Source of the DNA: an uncultured Verrucomicrobiae bacterium
Lineage (GTDB): Bacteria > Chlamydiota > Chlamydiia > Chlamydiales > Rhabdochlamydiaceae
Direction: 5' to 3'
DNA length: 64,000 nt
Assembly: GCA_963806855.1 (NCBI GenBank)
Contig: CAWDYW010000001.1
Span: 1,312,001-1,376,000 of the forward strand
In this document: piece after piece, positions 8,018 through 18,723 of the stretch
Layout of the letters: every line of letters starts with the position of its first letter
How positions within the stretch are numbered: position 1 is the first letter of the stretch
Program-made: the position numbers and the translations under genes
The notes under the pieces: generated by a model
Seen by the model: only the letters and a program-made list of their open reading frames with translations
What the model was told of the DNA's origin: nothing
Databases searched by the model: none

Positions 8018-10750
8018 TTACTCAAGCTCGTAGGCGCCACTATCCTTTTTGACTGGGGTACCTGCATTCGTAGTGGGTAATTCGGTAGAAGGAGAACCTG
8101 TCTCATCGACTCTCATTTGGCGCTCAGGAGTGCGGGGAGAATCAGAGGACGGCATTTGAGGTAGCGAGGAATCTCCTTCGCTCGAAGATTGTGGATCTTG
8201 AACTGCATTATTGTCATTATTAATACTGACTTTTGAACCTTTGGCATCAGATTTATTTACAGCTTCCGGAGTCGCCTTGTCTTCTCCTCGTCTTGCAGAT
8301 AGTTCTTTTGTTCCTTTTAGAGTATTGCCGCTATTAGTACCGCCGCCTTTGCCAGCAGGGTTAGCCTCATAAGGCTTGAGAATTTGGTCGAAGTCTAGAG
8401 TTGCTATTGCACTCACTGCTCCTTTTTTAGCTTCATTCCATTTTCGTGAAAATTGCACCACTGCGTTGCCCCCACCAAGCTTCATTACTGAATTAGATCT
8501 AGGCCTTCCTTTTTCCAATGTCCATGGCGCTTCTTGAGTTGGAGGAGGTTTGGGATTATAAGTAGGTATCACGACATCTTTTTTGTTAGCTTGGCATTTT
8601 TTAAGCTCCTCTAGAAGGCCAGCTGCAAAACCATTATTAACCTTCTTTTTAGCCTGGGGAGGTCCGTTTCCACTCTCTCCTTGTGCACCTTTCCGATGTT
8701 TTTTTACCAGATCCCCCATATTAATTTTTTTCACCTCCATGAATTCAGGCGGTGGCAATTGGGGCGCATCAGGTATAACAAACCCAATCTCAACATTTGG
8801 CTTTTCCTGAGTCAAACTTTCTAATTCTGCCAGTTTTATTTTCAGAGTTTCGTTAGTTTTTTCCAGATCATCGATCTTCCTTTGCAAATTGGCAATCTTC
8901 CTTTCGCCTAAAACAGCCGGTTGCTCATCCAGTTGACTTTCTAATTGTGGACTTTTAGCTCGCCGTTCAGTATGCTCATCTTTAAAACGTTCGATTTGCC
9001 TTTCCATAGTCGCAAGAAGTTCCAATTCCCGCTTATAGCTCGCTTCTTTTAGCCTTTCTACTTCTTGACGCAGAGCTACAATATCTTCCATCCTTTTTTG
9101 TTCATTTTTCAGGAGACGGTTGCAGTTCGCGTACTGGGATTGTAATCTAAGTACAATCTGTTCCCCCACCTTAGCCCCGACATGCTCGAGATATATAAGC
9201 GCTTTCCGACAAGCAAATTCTGCACGGGAATAATTTCCTGCACTCATAAAATTAGCCGCCAGGATGTAATAAAGAAGAACTTTCTGCTTATGATCTTTGA
9301 GATTTTCGCATAGCAGGCAATACCCGTTAATAAGTGCAAAGTCAAGTTCAGGTTTAATTTTAGCGTTTTTCTGGCCCGGAATTCCCTTTGGATCGCGATT
9401 TGTTAATGGAGATATCCCCATTCTGGATTGTTCTAAGAATGTGTCGTCACAACTATCTAAAGTGCCAGAGGGAATTGTTGTAATGTGCTTACTTCCCATC
9501 ACTCCCACTTCCATAAGTAGTTGTTGTACTTTTGAATTATCAAATATTTCTAGCTTTTTTGAGGCTATTATCATGTCAAATTTCGCTTGTATTTGGTTAA
9601 GCAGCTCTTTAATTTCACAGGCCTCTTTTCCGATCAATTTTTCTGCTGCTTCTAATTCAGTTTTTGCATCTTGATATTTTTCTAAACTGTGCAAGTGATC
9701 TGCGATAACAAGATGAAGCAGGCCTTTATGCTGAACTAATTCCAATGTCTTTAACAACTCAGTTTTTCCATAGGCTCTCATTTCGTCCGGGGTAAGGTTT
9801 GCTAATTCAGAAGGAAAATCGATAGGATTATTTGTTTTGATCCCTGCAGGAGTCTTAGGCCCGAAAAATACGTCTGTGCGAAGGGGTGTTTTTTGGGGGG
9901 GCCCCCTATCATTCCTTGGGGAAAATTTAGTTCCAGTCGCAAAAGAATCTAGACCATTATTCCTTGGGGAAAATTTAGTTCCAGTCGCAAAAGAATCTAG
10001 ACCATTATTCCTTGGGGAAAATTTAGTTCCAGTCGCAAAAGAATCTAGACCATTATTCCTTGGCCGCTCCTTAAAAAGCGATTCCTGTGGCTTTGGCAAT
10101 CCTTCTGGGGACTTGTCAGTGGGTAGGACAGCAACGGCACGTTTTTCTAAGCGTGGTAGACCGGAAGAGCGCTGTATAGGATCTTCCGCTTTAGCTTGAA
10201 ATACATTCGTAACAGCCGCACTCCTACTAAGGGATACTATTCTTTTACGCGGGTCGCCTTCTTTAGACTTAGGTTTGCCTGCAACGCTACCAAGGGACAC
10301 AATTCTTTTACTCGGGTCGCCTTCTTTAGACTTAGGTTTGCCTGCAACGCTACTAAGGGACACAATTCTTTTACTCGGGTCGCCTTCTTTAGACTTAGGT
10401 TTGTCGGCAGCGCTACTAAGGGACACAATTCTTTTACTCGGGTCGTTCTCTTTAGACTTAGGTTTGCGTGCATCGCCGCCAAGGGACACCGGGTTTCCTC
10501 GACCGCCTTCTGTAGGTTTGTCGGCAGCGCATGGCTTAGAAGGCTCTGGAGGGGCTATATCTTTTACTGGGCCGGGTTCCCCTGTCAATGGTGTGGGGGC
10601 AGCAGGCGCATCAGACCTGATGCATTTGAGATATACGATCGATACAACGCCGACCACAGCTAAAAATGCAACACTAACCGTTGTATAATCGGTCAAACCG
10701 AGCCAGTTAATGGAAGTGAGATTCTGAGTTCCTAAATTGTCGAGTTTCAT
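8018..10750 (-). CDS. 910-aa hypothetical protein: N-terminal TM, tandem repeats, TPR-like helices, coiled coil, Pro-rich segment; candidate effector
   Basis: Long open ORF; domain features read from the translation; no recognised family. Confidence 0.7.
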   Translation of the reverse strand: MKLDNLGTQNLTSINWLGLTDYTTVSVAFLAVVGVVSIVYLKCIRSDAPAAPTPLTGEPGPVKDIAPPEPSKPCAADKPTEGGRGNPVSLGGDARKPKSKENDPSKRIVSLSSAADKPKSKEGDPSKRIVSLSSVAGKPKSKEGDPSKRIVSLGSVAGKPKSKEGDPRKRIVSLSRSAAVTNVFQAKAEDPIQRSSGLPRLEKRAVAVLPTDKSPEGLPKPQESLFKERPRNNGLDSFATGTKFSPRNNGLDSFATGTKFSPRNNGLDSFATGTKFSPRNDRGPPQKTPLRTDVFFGPKTPAGIKTNNPIDFPSELANLTPDEMRAYGKTELLKTLELVQHKGLLHLVIADHLHSLEKYQDAKTELEAAEKLIGKEACEIKELLNQIQAKFDMIIASKKLEIFDNSKVQQLLMEVGVMGSKHITTIPSGTLDSCDDTFLEQSRMGISPLTNRDPKGIPGQKNAKIKPELDFALINGYCLLCENLKDHKQKVLLYYILAANFMSAGNYSRAEFACRKALIYLEHVGAKVGEQIVLRLQSQYANCNRLLKNEQKRMEDIVALRQEVERLKEASYKRELELLATMERQIERFKDEHTERRAKSPQLESQLDEQPAVLGERKIANLQRKIDDLEKTNETLKIKLAELESLTQEKPNVEIGFVIPDAPQLPPPEFMEVKKINMGDLVKKHRKGAQGESGNGPPQAKKKVNNGFAAGLLEELKKCQANKKDVVIPTYNPKPPPTQEAPWTLEKGRPRSNSVMKLGGGNAVVQFSRKWNEAKKGAVSAIATLDFDQILKPYEANPAGKGGGTNSGNTLKGTKELSARRGEDKATPEAVNKSDAKGSKVSINNDNNAVQDPQSSSEGDSSLPQMPSSDSPRTPERQMRVDETGSPSTELPTTNAGTPVKKDSGAYELE
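9911..10063. repeat. 48-bp perfect tandem repeat, 3 copies plus a partial copy (16-aa PRNNGLDSFATGTKFS)
   Basis: Unit ATTCCTTGGGGAAAATTTAGTTCCAGTCGCAAAAGAATCTAGACCATT at 9911, 9959 and 10007. Confidence 0.95.
10224..10530. repeat. 63-bp imperfect tandem repeat, about 4 copies plus a degenerate one (21-aa KPKSKEGDPSKRIVSLSSVAG)
   Basis: Repeated CTAAGGGACACAATTCTTTTACTCGGGTCGCCTTCTTTAGACTTAGGTTTG core. Confidence 0.9.
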
Positions 10751-10829
10751 ATGTTCCTGTAGAGATTGAAATTTGCTTTGAAGTACTCTAACAGAACATG
10801 AACTTTTTTTCGAAATCTATTTTCAACTA

Positions 10830-12890
10830 TTAAAGCTGTTGCATCGCTTCTAGGATTTGTTTGATGTCGGTTAGTGGAGATTCGCAATAATTTCCACGAC
10901 AAATATAAACGGTGGTTTTCCCATCTAGGCAATTTTGATTCGCGATCGAAGGGACGATTTGGTTTAGGGTGGTGTCGTTTGGCTCTTTCCAGACAAAGAG
11001 GCCATGGGGACAGAAAAGGCCTCCGAGCGCCCGCTCGAGCTCTTTTTTGTAGCTGTTTTTTTCATCGAGGGCAATGACAACGAGCGGCGCTTTTGAGTCG
11101 AAGTAGCGCTGCAGGGCAATCAGATGGTAGCAGGCGCCGGGCGGAAAGGCTTCGATGAACGATTTGGCCGCTTTGAGGATATCTTCGGCTTGGGCGAGGT
11201 ACTTTTGATCTTGAGTGAGTTGATAGAGGCGGATTAAGTTTTCACAATGGACCGCGTTGCCTGAGGGCTCGGCCCCATCGTAGAATTCACATTTGCGGAT
11301 GAGCAGGTATTTGTCTTGCTTGGTTTGGAAGAATGCGCCGTTTTGGATTTTGAAATCGCGCTCGAGAACATCGGTCAGATGCATTGCCCACTGAAGATAA
11401 CGGGTGCCACAACCCACTTCGAAGAGGCTTAGGAGACCGCGGATGAGGAAGGCATGGTCGTCTAGATTGGCTGAAAAGCGGGCCTCTTGGTCACGATAGC
11501 GGCGCATGAGCTCACCGCTTTTGACAAGATTGTCGCGGATCCAATCGGCGGTCTGCATGGCGATTTGCCGGTAGGGGCTGTCGGCATAGCAGAAGCCGGC
11601 CCAAGCGAGGGAATCGATCATGAGTCCGTTCCAGGAGGTGATGATCTTGTCATCTTTAAATGGCTTTGTCCGCCGGCTCCGCTGATCGAGGAGTTTGGAC
11701 TTCATCCCTTGGATGGTCTCATAGAGGCGCGCTTCATCGAGGCCGACGAAGGTTGAAAATTCTTTTGGGTCGAGGGCAATATGGAGGACGTTTTTCCCTT
11801 CGAAGTTCCCCTCGTCGGTCACTCCGAAATAGCGGCTAAAGATTTCGCCCTCGCCCGCTCCTAGAGCATTAAAGATCTCTTCTTGACTCCAGGTGTAGTA
11901 TTTCCCCTCTTGTCCCTCTGTGTCGGCATCTTCTGCAGAGAAGAATCCTTCTCCCTTCAGTTCGCGGATCGTATAGTCGAGCGTCTGACGGCAGATTTGG
12001 CTGAAGAAGATCTTCTTGGTATATTTGTAGGCCTCTAGATAGGTGCGGGATAATATGGCGTTGTCATAGAGCATCTTTTCGAAATGGGGAATATGCCAGC
12101 GCTCGTCGATGCAATACCTTGCAAATCCGCCGCCGAGCTGGTCGTAGAGCCCTCCTCGAGCCATCATTTGGAGGGTCAATTCGATATAGAATAGGGAGCG
12201 GCTGTCGTTATTGGCTTTGGAGTATTGGAGAAGAAAATCGGCTTGGTAGCCAAGAGGAAATTTGGGCTCCCCTTTTATCCCGCCGAAAACCGGATCGGCG
12301 ATGTCGAAGAGCATTTGGATCGCATTTTGTAGATCATTCGGCGTCGGGAGCTCTTGTCCTTGGGTGCGGGCAGAATTTTCAAAAAGCTGAACAATTTTGT
12401 CGGCTTGAGTGACAAGCAGCAACCGCTCTTCACTTTGCCAAAGCATCTTGATCTGGGTGATGAATTGATCCATGCCGATGAGCCCTTTGCTCGCCTTGGG
12501 AGGCAAATAGGTGACAGCAAAGAAGGGTTTGAGGTCTGGGGTTAAGATGACGTTTAGGGGCCAGCCGCCGGCCGAGGACATTAGGGCCTGAGCGAATTCC
12601 ATGTAGATGCTGTCGACCTCGGGGTGCTCCTCCCGATCGACCTTGATATTAATGAAGGTGTCGTTCATCGCCTGGGCGATTTCAGGATTCTCAAAGGTCT
12701 CTTTTTCCATCACATGGCACCAGTGGCAGGTGGCATAGCCGATGGATAAAAAAATAGGTTTATCTTCAGATTTTGCTTTATTGAACGCTTCTTCGGACCA
12801 CGGGTACCAATCGACCGGGTTATGGGCGTGCTGCAAGAGATAGGGGGACTTCTCGTGGACTAGCCGATTCGTATAAGAATTTTCACTCAT
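10830..12890 (-). CDS. YyaL/SSP411 (DUF255) thioredoxin-domain protein
   Basis: [47 protein letters not shown]. Start trimmed to MSENSY to avoid overlap with rnhC. Confidence 0.9.
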   Translation of the reverse strand: MSENSYTNRLVHEKSPYLLQHAHNPVDWYPWSEEAFNKAKSEDKPIFLSIGYATCHWCHVMEKETFENPEIAQAMNDTFINIKVDREEHPEVDSIYMEFAQALMSSAGGWPLNVILTPDLKPFFAVTYLPPKASKGLIGMDQFITQIKMLWQSEERLLLVTQADKIVQLFENSARTQGQELPTPNDLQNAIQMLFDIADPVFGGIKGEPKFPLGYQADFLLQYSKANNDSRSLFYIELTLQMMARGGLYDQLGGGFARYCIDERWHIPHFEKMLYDNAILSRTYLEAYKYTKKIFFSQICRQTLDYTIRELKGEGFFSAEDADTEGQEGKYYTWSQEEIFNALGAGEGEIFSRYFGVTDEGNFEGKNVLHIALDPKEFSTFVGLDEARLYETIQGMKSKLLDQRSRRTKPFKDDKIITSWNGLMIDSLAWAGFCYADSPYRQIAMQTADWIRDNLVKSGELMRRYRDQEARFSANLDDHAFLIRGLLSLFEVGCGTRYLQWAMHLTDVLERDFKIQNGAFFQTKQDKYLLIRKCEFYDGAEPSGNAVHCENLIRLYQLTQDQKYLAQAEDILKAAKSFIEAFPPGACYHLIALQRYFDSKAPLVVIALDEKNSYKKELERALGGLFCPHGLFVWKEPNDTTLNQIVPSIANQNCLDGKTTVYICRGNYCESPLTDIKQILEAMQQL

Positions 12891-12942
12891 AAAACTAACC
12901 ATAATATTGCCAATATTTTCTAACAATGTGAAAATGATGGGC

Positions 12943-13830
12943 ATGAATACTTTTGTTACCAACATCGATTTGGCTTTGGCCGAAAAATTGCGCACAGATC
13001 TACTCGACCAAGGCTTCGAGCTGTCGACTCCCCCGTATACAATTTTCTCAGCGAAAAAGCAGGGAGTCTCGTGCACTCTTTATACATCCGGCAAACTGAC
13101 CGTCCAGGGGAAGCAGAAGGAAGAGTTCATCTCTTTCTATCTTGAGCCTGAAATTTTGCAAGAGCTTGCCTTCACCCATCCGAAGGGTAAGCTCGATCTG
13201 ACACCTCGAATCGGGATCGACGAAGCTGGCAAAGGCGATTTCTTCGGCCCCTTGTGTGTTGCGGGGGTCTATGCCGATGAAGCAGGGATACAGAAGCTTG
13301 CCGAACTCGGGGTCCGCGATAGCAAGACGATGCAAGACAAGGCGATCATCGCGATGGCCTCTCGCATCCGGAGCCATTTTCCCCATAGCATTATTCGGCT
13401 CTACCCGCTCAAATACAATGAGCTCTACGAAAAGTTTAAGAACCTCAACCACCTGCTCGCTTGGGGACACGCGACGGCGATTGAAGAGCTGGTCCAGAAT
13501 ACTGGCTGCAGGAACGTGATCATCGACCAGTTTGCGAGCGAACATGTGGTCGAAAATGCCCTAAAACGGAAGTCACTCGAGGTCGAGCTGGCTCAGCGGC
13601 ACCGGGGTGAAGAAGATTTGGTTGTCGCCGCCGCCTCGATTCTGGCCAGAGCCGCCTTTGTCGATGGGATCGATCAACTAGGAAAAATGATCGAAATCAC
13701 CTTGCCGAAAGGGGCCAGCTCGATCGTGATCAGGGTGGGGAAACAGATTGTCGCCAAACATGGGCAAGAGATCTTAAAAAAACTGGGCAAACTCCATTTC
13801 AAAACCAGAAGTGAAATCCTCCATGATTAA
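12943..13830 (+). CDS. rnhC: Ribonuclease HIII
   Basis: N-terminal TBP-like [47 protein letters not shown]. Confidence 0.95.
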   Translation: MNTFVTNIDLALAEKLRTDLLDQGFELSTPPYTIFSAKKQGVSCTLYTSGKLTVQGKQKEEFISFYLEPEILQELAFTHPKGKLDLTPRIGIDEAGKGDFFGPLCVAGVYADEAGIQKLAELGVRDSKTMQDKAIIAMASRIRSHFPHSIIRLYPLKYNELYEKFKNLNHLLAWGHATAIEELVQNTGCRNVIIDQFASEHVVENALKRKSLEVELAQRHRGEEDLVVAAASILARAAFVDGIDQLGKMIEITLPKGASSIVIRVGKQIVAKHGQEILKKLGKLHFKTRSEILHD

Positions 13831-15418
13831 AACGCTAATAATCAAAAATCTCATTCTTGTCGAAGAGGCCCACGTTCACTTTGAAAGAGGGCTGACGATG
13901 ATCACCGGGGAAACCGGGGCTGGAAAAACGGCTTTAATCGAAGCGATTCGGTTGATTCTGGGCGAAAGGGCCGATCCTTCTAAAGTGCGCAAAGGGTGCG
14001 ATAAGGCGATGATCCAAGCCTCATTTGATCTGGACCAAGTCCCCGAAGTCTTGCAGGAGGCAGGCATCTCCCTACCAACAGATGAAGAGCTCATCTTGAC
14101 CCGAGAGATCAGCGCCGCCGGGAAAAGCCGCGCCTTTATAGCGGGGCAGATGGTCCCTGCTGCTCTTCTACAGACCCTCGCCCCCTATCTGGTCGACTTT
14201 ATCGCCCAACATGCCCAGGTTACCCTTAAGAGTTCTGAAAATCAGCGGGAGCTTCTCGATCTCTATGCCGATATCGACCTCTCCCCTTTTCAAAATCTCT
14301 GGGAAAATGAGAAACAGATTCAGCGCCAAATTGAGCTGCTCCATGAGAGAAAAAATGGCCAGCGTGAGAATTTTTTAAAGGATCAACTGGATGAACTTCT
14401 CGAAGCCAATTTAGAGCAGGGAGAGGAGGAGACCCTCTTTGAGGAGTACTCCCTTCTAAGTAATTCCCAAGAGCTTTTAGCGACGACAGCTCAAATCCTC
14501 TCCGAAACCGATGTGGCCATAGAAAGGTGCAGCTCTATATCGGCCCTCATTCATCCGATCCTCAAGTACGATGCCAAATTCGAAGAGACTGCCGGCATGG
14601 CCAAAGAGGCTAGATTGCAGCTTACCGAGCTAGCGGCCCAGCTCCAGAGCTTCCAGACAAAAATCGAGAGCGATCCAGGCCGGTTGAATATAGTGGAAGA
14701 GCGGCTGAAGGTCCTCGACAGGCTCAAGAGAAAGTATGGGAAAGATTTGGCTAACATCCAGACTGAAATTGAAAAAGAATTAGTGAGCCTCGAATCGATC
14801 GAGGAGACCTTAGAAAAGTTAAATCAAGAGCTCAAAGTCATAAAGGAGAAGACGGCCCTCGCTTGCAAAGAAATCTCAAAAAAGCGGCAAAAAGGGGCTG
14901 CCCAGCTGGCAAAACAGCTCAGCGTGGCGCTGCAGCAACTCAATATCCCCTCTGCCCAAGTGACGATTCAGCTCGAAGCTGCATCGCGGAGCAAATCGGG
15001 AGAGGATATGGTCCAGTTCTTTCTCCAGGCTAATGCCGGAGAGAAGCCAACGCTGGTGAAGGACAATTGCAGTGGGGGAGAGATCTCGCGCCTTCTATTC
15101 TCGCTTAAGCTCATTTTGGCCGAAAAATGTGAACCTCGGACCATGGTCTTCGACGAAATCGATGCCAATGTGGGCGGAGAAACAGCTCGGATCATGGGGC
15201 AAAAATTGAAAGATCTTGGACAATTGAGACAGGTACTTTGTATTACCCACTTTCCACAGGTTGCACGTCAAGGTGATCACCACCTTCGGGTCTACAAAGA
15301 GGAAAATGAGCATCGAACGATTTGCAAACTCAGCTTCGTCAATAATATAGAAAGAGAAGCTGAGCTATTGAGAATGGCGGGAAGCAGTTATTCGGAAGCT
15401 GGTTCTTCTTCAGTTTGA
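13823..15418 (+). CDS. recN: DNA repair protein RecN
   Basis: ITGETGAGKT Walker A, coiled coil, SGGEISR, VFDEIDANVGG, CITHFPQVA. Confidence 0.95.
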   Translation: MIKTLIIKNLILVEEAHVHFERGLTMITGETGAGKTALIEAIRLILGERADPSKVRKGCDKAMIQASFDLDQVPEVLQEAGISLPTDEELILTREISAAGKSRAFIAGQMVPAALLQTLAPYLVDFIAQHAQVTLKSSENQRELLDLYADIDLSPFQNLWENEKQIQRQIELLHERKNGQRENFLKDQLDELLEANLEQGEEETLFEEYSLLSNSQELLATTAQILSETDVAIERCSSISALIHPILKYDAKFEETAGMAKEARLQLTELAAQLQSFQTKIESDPGRLNIVEERLKVLDRLKRKYGKDLANIQTEIEKELVSLESIEETLEKLNQELKVIKEKTALACKEISKKRQKGAAQLAKQLSVALQQLNIPSAQVTIQLEAASRSKSGEDMVQFFLQANAGEKPTLVKDNCSGGEISRLLFSLKLILAEKCEPRTMVFDEIDANVGGETARIMGQKLKDLGQLRQVLCITHFPQVARQGDHHLRVYKEENEHRTICKLSFVNNIEREAELLRMAGSSYSEAGSSSV

Positions 15419-15552
15419 GATTGTTCTGCTGTTTTTTCCTCTTCAGTTGTCACTTCTTCATCTGCGAGTCTGGGCTTTTTCTGACATCCAGTTGCGACAA
15501 AAGCAGTCATCATCAATGCGACTACTAAGCGTAGCATATCCTTTTTCATCAT
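15388..15552 (-). CDS. Small lipoprotein
   Basis: Signal peptide with lipobox VATGC, then an acidic tail. Confidence 0.65.
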   Translation of the reverse strand: MMKKDMLRLVVALMMTAFVATGCQKKPRLADEEVTTEEEKTAEQSQTEEEPASE

Positions 15553-15649
15553 TTTACCTATGGTTGAAGGGATCAATTTATATCCCTAAGTTTAAGACAG
15601 GTACTCTTTTACCATATAAAATGAGATTGCCGCAACTGTTTTTGGGGCC

Positions 15650-15811
15650 TCAGGACTGTTGGTTACCCCGTGGATCTTCCCTTGGAGGTTCAGACTCCAT
15701 TTGTTGCTCATCCTCTTGTGAAGATTGAGCCTTGGCTTCCGATTGTTGACAACCAGTTGCAACAAGAATAGTTACCAGAATCAACGCACCGATCTTAAAG
15801 AATATTTTCAT
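15650..15811 (-). CDS. Small lipoprotein
   Basis: MKIFFKIGALILVTILVATGC lipobox, then a Q/E-rich tail. Confidence 0.65.
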   Translation of the reverse strand: MKIFFKIGALILVTILVATGCQQSEAKAQSSQEDEQQMESEPPREDPRGNQQS

Positions 15812-15831
15812 CCGTTTATTTCCATTAATTA

Positions 15832-16023
15832 TTACTCGGTGGGTCGTTTGCGTACACCACAACGACTGCAGCCCCTTTTAATAGGCTCATTCTTCTTGTT
15901 TGTGGCCTCTTTTCTGCTGCCCCGAGTCACGGTTTCTTGATCGTTTGAACTTGAACATCCGCCTACCATTGCAATGATCGCAAAGATTGAGGGTAATACT
16001 AAAAACTGAGCACTTTTTTTCAT
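15832..16023 (-). CDS. Small lipoprotein with a basic CxxC tail
   Basis: Lipobox-like VGGC; tail KRGCSRCGVRKRPTE. Confidence 0.6.
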   Translation of the reverse strand: MKKSAQFLVLPSIFAIIAMVGGCSSSNDQETVTRGSRKEATNKKNEPIKRGCSRCGVRKRPTE

Positions 16024-16032
16024 GACTTCACC

Positions 16033-16596
16033 TTATTTTTTATTGAACTTAAATGATGTTACAAAGAAGTTATAACGCGATTCATCGTAATTTTGGACTT
16101 CACATTCCATTGCCATCAGATAGAGTTGATTCTCGACCATGATCGCGCGGCCTTTAAAATAGATCCCACCAGTGCGGATAAAGAAATCAAGCGCAGGTTT
16201 ACCCTCAACAAGGAGCATATCGGCAAAGAGGAGCTGATTGCCTGGGTTATTGGCGAGAATTCCGTTTAGAAACCCTTCGAGAGAGGCTTGAGCGAGCGAT
16301 TGGTCGACAAATTTGGGATACTGGGCAATGAGCAGCATATAGACGCTCTTCTTCTCGTGGCTAGAAATATAGGCGTCGTATTTTAGGTCATAACCTTCTT
16401 CTGGCACGCTCATTTTTTCAGAGATATGCTCTGGGGAGCATGGGAACATCAGAGTGCATTTACCGGTAACAGAGTGGAATTCTTTCCAATCGTGGTTTTT
16501 CACTTGCACAATCTCAGCAGTCGCAGCGGTGAGTTGAGAAACTGGCATAATGAGAGAGGCCAGCGAGAGGATTAAAAGTTGTTTAAATTTCTTCAT
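16033..16596 (-). CDS. Exported hypothetical protein
   Basis: Signal peptide and RBS AGGAG; 187 aa. Confidence 0.75.
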   Translation of the reverse strand: MKKFKQLLILSLASLIMPVSQLTAATAEIVQVKNHDWKEFHSVTGKCTLMFPCSPEHISEKMSVPEEGYDLKYDAYISSHEKKSVYMLLIAQYPKFVDQSLAQASLEGFLNGILANNPGNQLLFADMLLVEGKPALDFFIRTGGIYFKGRAIMVENQLYLMAMECEVQNYDESRYNFFVTSFKFNKK

Positions 16597-16635
16597 ATTT
16601 CTCCTAATTATTTTTATTTAATTTTATTTACACAC

Positions 16636-17271
16636 CTATGTCTGCATAAAAACTGTGAACACCTTCGAAAGGATCCAGATAAAGAACAAGACCATGATAA
16701 AGGGGATAAGCACGTTAAGTAATCCTTTCCAAGCCGAAAATTTCTGCACTTCAGCAATTCCTTTTATGAGGATGACGAGCGACCAGATGGACATCACCGC
16801 TTGAACAAGTAGAACGATGAAATAAAGAGCGAGAGCATTGCCGACGAACTCTGTTTTTTGAAAACTAGCTAAAAAGAGATCATTTTTGAAAAAGAGGATG
16901 AGCGCTACCCAAGTGAGGACAATCACCAGATTGGGAACGTTCGACCAAGAGACAGCTGCCCGTATGGGATAATAGGTTCCTTGCCCTCCAATCCATTTCC
17001 CTGTCCAAAGGAAAAGGGCGGAGCCGATGGTAATCGAGAGCATCCCAATAAAAGTGGCGAGGATAATCGAGACGAGGATAATTCCAGGGACGCTGAAAGT
17101 ATCTCCTAAGGACATATCTTGGGCCATATAGAAGAGCATTGGCAACCCATGAAGGAAAGAAAGGGCGATGAAGCGGAATTTTGGGTTGAATTCAACGATT
17201 TTTCTAATGGTTTCTCTAGGATGTGTCCAAATCCGTGTCCAAGGATTTATTCCCATCGTGTTGTCTGACAT
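16636..17271 (-). CDS. Yip1-family membrane protein
   Basis: NPWTRIWTHPRETIR start, GKWIGGQG, AEVQKFSAWKG; about 5 TM. Confidence 0.8.
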   Translation of the reverse strand: MSDNTMGINPWTRIWTHPRETIRKIVEFNPKFRFIALSFLHGLPMLFYMAQDMSLGDTFSVPGIILVSIILATFIGMLSITIGSALFLWTGKWIGGQGTYYPIRAAVSWSNVPNLVIVLTWVALILFFKNDLFLASFQKTEFVGNALALYFIVLLVQAVMSIWSLVILIKGIAEVQKFSAWKGLLNVLIPFIMVLFFIWILSKVFTVFMQT

Positions 17272-17491
17272 AATAAGCCTCCGAAATATAATTTACTCTT
17301 AAACTTATCCTAGTAGCAAAAAGTTAATGTTTCAACAAAATAAAAATAATAATTATCGATTAGTCGTAATTGCCTGAAAATGAAGGTAATTGGGCTTCCG
17401 GCTTAGGTCTAATAACAATATTCGATAATTTTAATTGCTACTATTTGTTTGTTTTTGTAAATTAAAGATATAGATACTAATAGGAGTTAGT

Positions 17492-17866
17492 ATGAGACAA
17501 AAATTACGTCACATGAAAAAATATACTCCGAGAAGGAGACGTTCTAATAAAGCGATCCAAAAACGGCAACTAAAGGACTTTGAGCATCTTCTCGATATGG
17601 ATTTGGGATCCTTTTTGATTCTTGTCGAGGAAGGAACACCTAAACAAATTCAGCAAGCCCGAGCCAAAATCCGAAGCAATCTGCTCCGTTATGGTTCCGA
17701 CATGGAAGCCATTGGACGAGATTTAGGGGAAGGATTTCCTGAATATATCCGTAACTACCTTAAGATCATGAATGATGTTGTCCAAAATTCTGGAAGCCAA
17801 CTCGCTCCTGCAACCTTAAACGAATACCGAAAACAAGCCTTAAATTTAAGAAAAAAAGCTGCTTAG
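17492..17866 (+). CDS. Hypothetical protein
   Basis: 124-aa ORF with RBS TAGGAG after an AT-rich promoter region. Confidence 0.65.
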   Translation: MRQKLRHMKKYTPRRRRSNKAIQKRQLKDFEHLLDMDLGSFLILVEEGTPKQIQQARAKIRSNLLRYGSDMEAIGRDLGEGFPEYIRNYLKIMNDVVQNSGSQLAPATLNEYRKQALNLRKKAA

Positions 17867-18718
17867 AAACTTTTCTAAAGTCGGATATAAAAATTGGTAG
17901 CCCGATTGCAATAGTCTTTCGGGCTTCACCTTTTCACTTGTCAGCAGGATCTCATCAGCCATTTCCCCAAGCAGTAAACGGAGCGGTCTCTCCCCTATTC
18001 GAAATAGAAGAGGGCGATGGAGCGCCTTGGCCAGCTTTTGGCTAAATGAACGGTTAGTCTCTAGACCGGGGCTAGTAAAATTAACAGGGCCAGCTAAGTC
18101 AGAATGTAAGATGTGATCGATCCCATGGAGGACATCCTCGAGGGCTATCCAGGGCATAAACTGATCTCCGCTCCCGAAAATGGTCCCAAGGCCCAGACGA
18201 AATGGGGAGAGCATTTTGGCGAGCGCACCACCATCTAAGCTTAAGATCGCTCCGAACCGGGCGTTTACACAGCGGATTCCTTTTTCCTTCGCTGGCTGTG
18301 TCGCAGCTTCCCATTGCTTGCAGACCTCTGCCAAAAATCCGGTGCCCGAAGCACTCTCTTCCGTCAAAGTCTCGTCTCCTCGATTTCCATAGTAGCCGAC
18401 AGCTGAGGCGCAGATAAAGAGCTTGGGAGGCGATTTGGCAAGGGCCTCTGCAAGAAGTCGCGTGCTATCTACTCTGCTAGAGAGGATTTCTTGTTTAATT
18501 TGCTCATTCCATCTGGTAGAGACATTCTTGCCGGACAGATGGATAACCGCATCAAAGTCTTTAAGCTCAGGGATGATTCCGTGTTCGGGATCCCAATAGA
18601 AAGTGTTAGGGATATTCTGCTGTCGTACAAGGCGAATCACCTGGTGACCAGAGGCTGTTAAGAATGAAAAGAGGGCCTTCCCGACTAAACCAGAAGACCC
18701 ACTAATGACAATACGCAA
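17846..18718 (-). CDS. TIGR01777/YfcH-family NAD-dependent epimerase/oxidoreductase
   Basis: ISGSSGLVG, SRVDST, ASAVGYYG, GFLAEVCKQWE, V.P..L...GY.F.YP motifs. Confidence 0.9.
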   Translation of the reverse strand: MRIVISGSSGLVGKALFSFLTASGHQVIRLVRQQNIPNTFYWDPEHGIIPELKDFDAVIHLSGKNVSTRWNEQIKQEILSSRVDSTRLLAEALAKSPPKLFICASAVGYYGNRGDETLTEESASGTGFLAEVCKQWEAATQPAKEKGIRCVNARFGAILSLDGGALAKMLSPFRLGLGTIFGSGDQFMPWIALEDVLHGIDHILHSDLAGPVNFTSPGLETNRSFSQKLAKALHRPLLFRIGERPLRLLLGEMADEILLTSEKVKPERLLQSGYQFLYPTLEKFLSSFFS

Positions 18719-18723
18719 GAGGT

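Noticed and set aside
9911..10530. Possible CRISPR array
   Set aside because: Units are contiguous with no unique spacers, their lengths are multiples of 3, they lie inside an ORF, and no cas genes are nearby.
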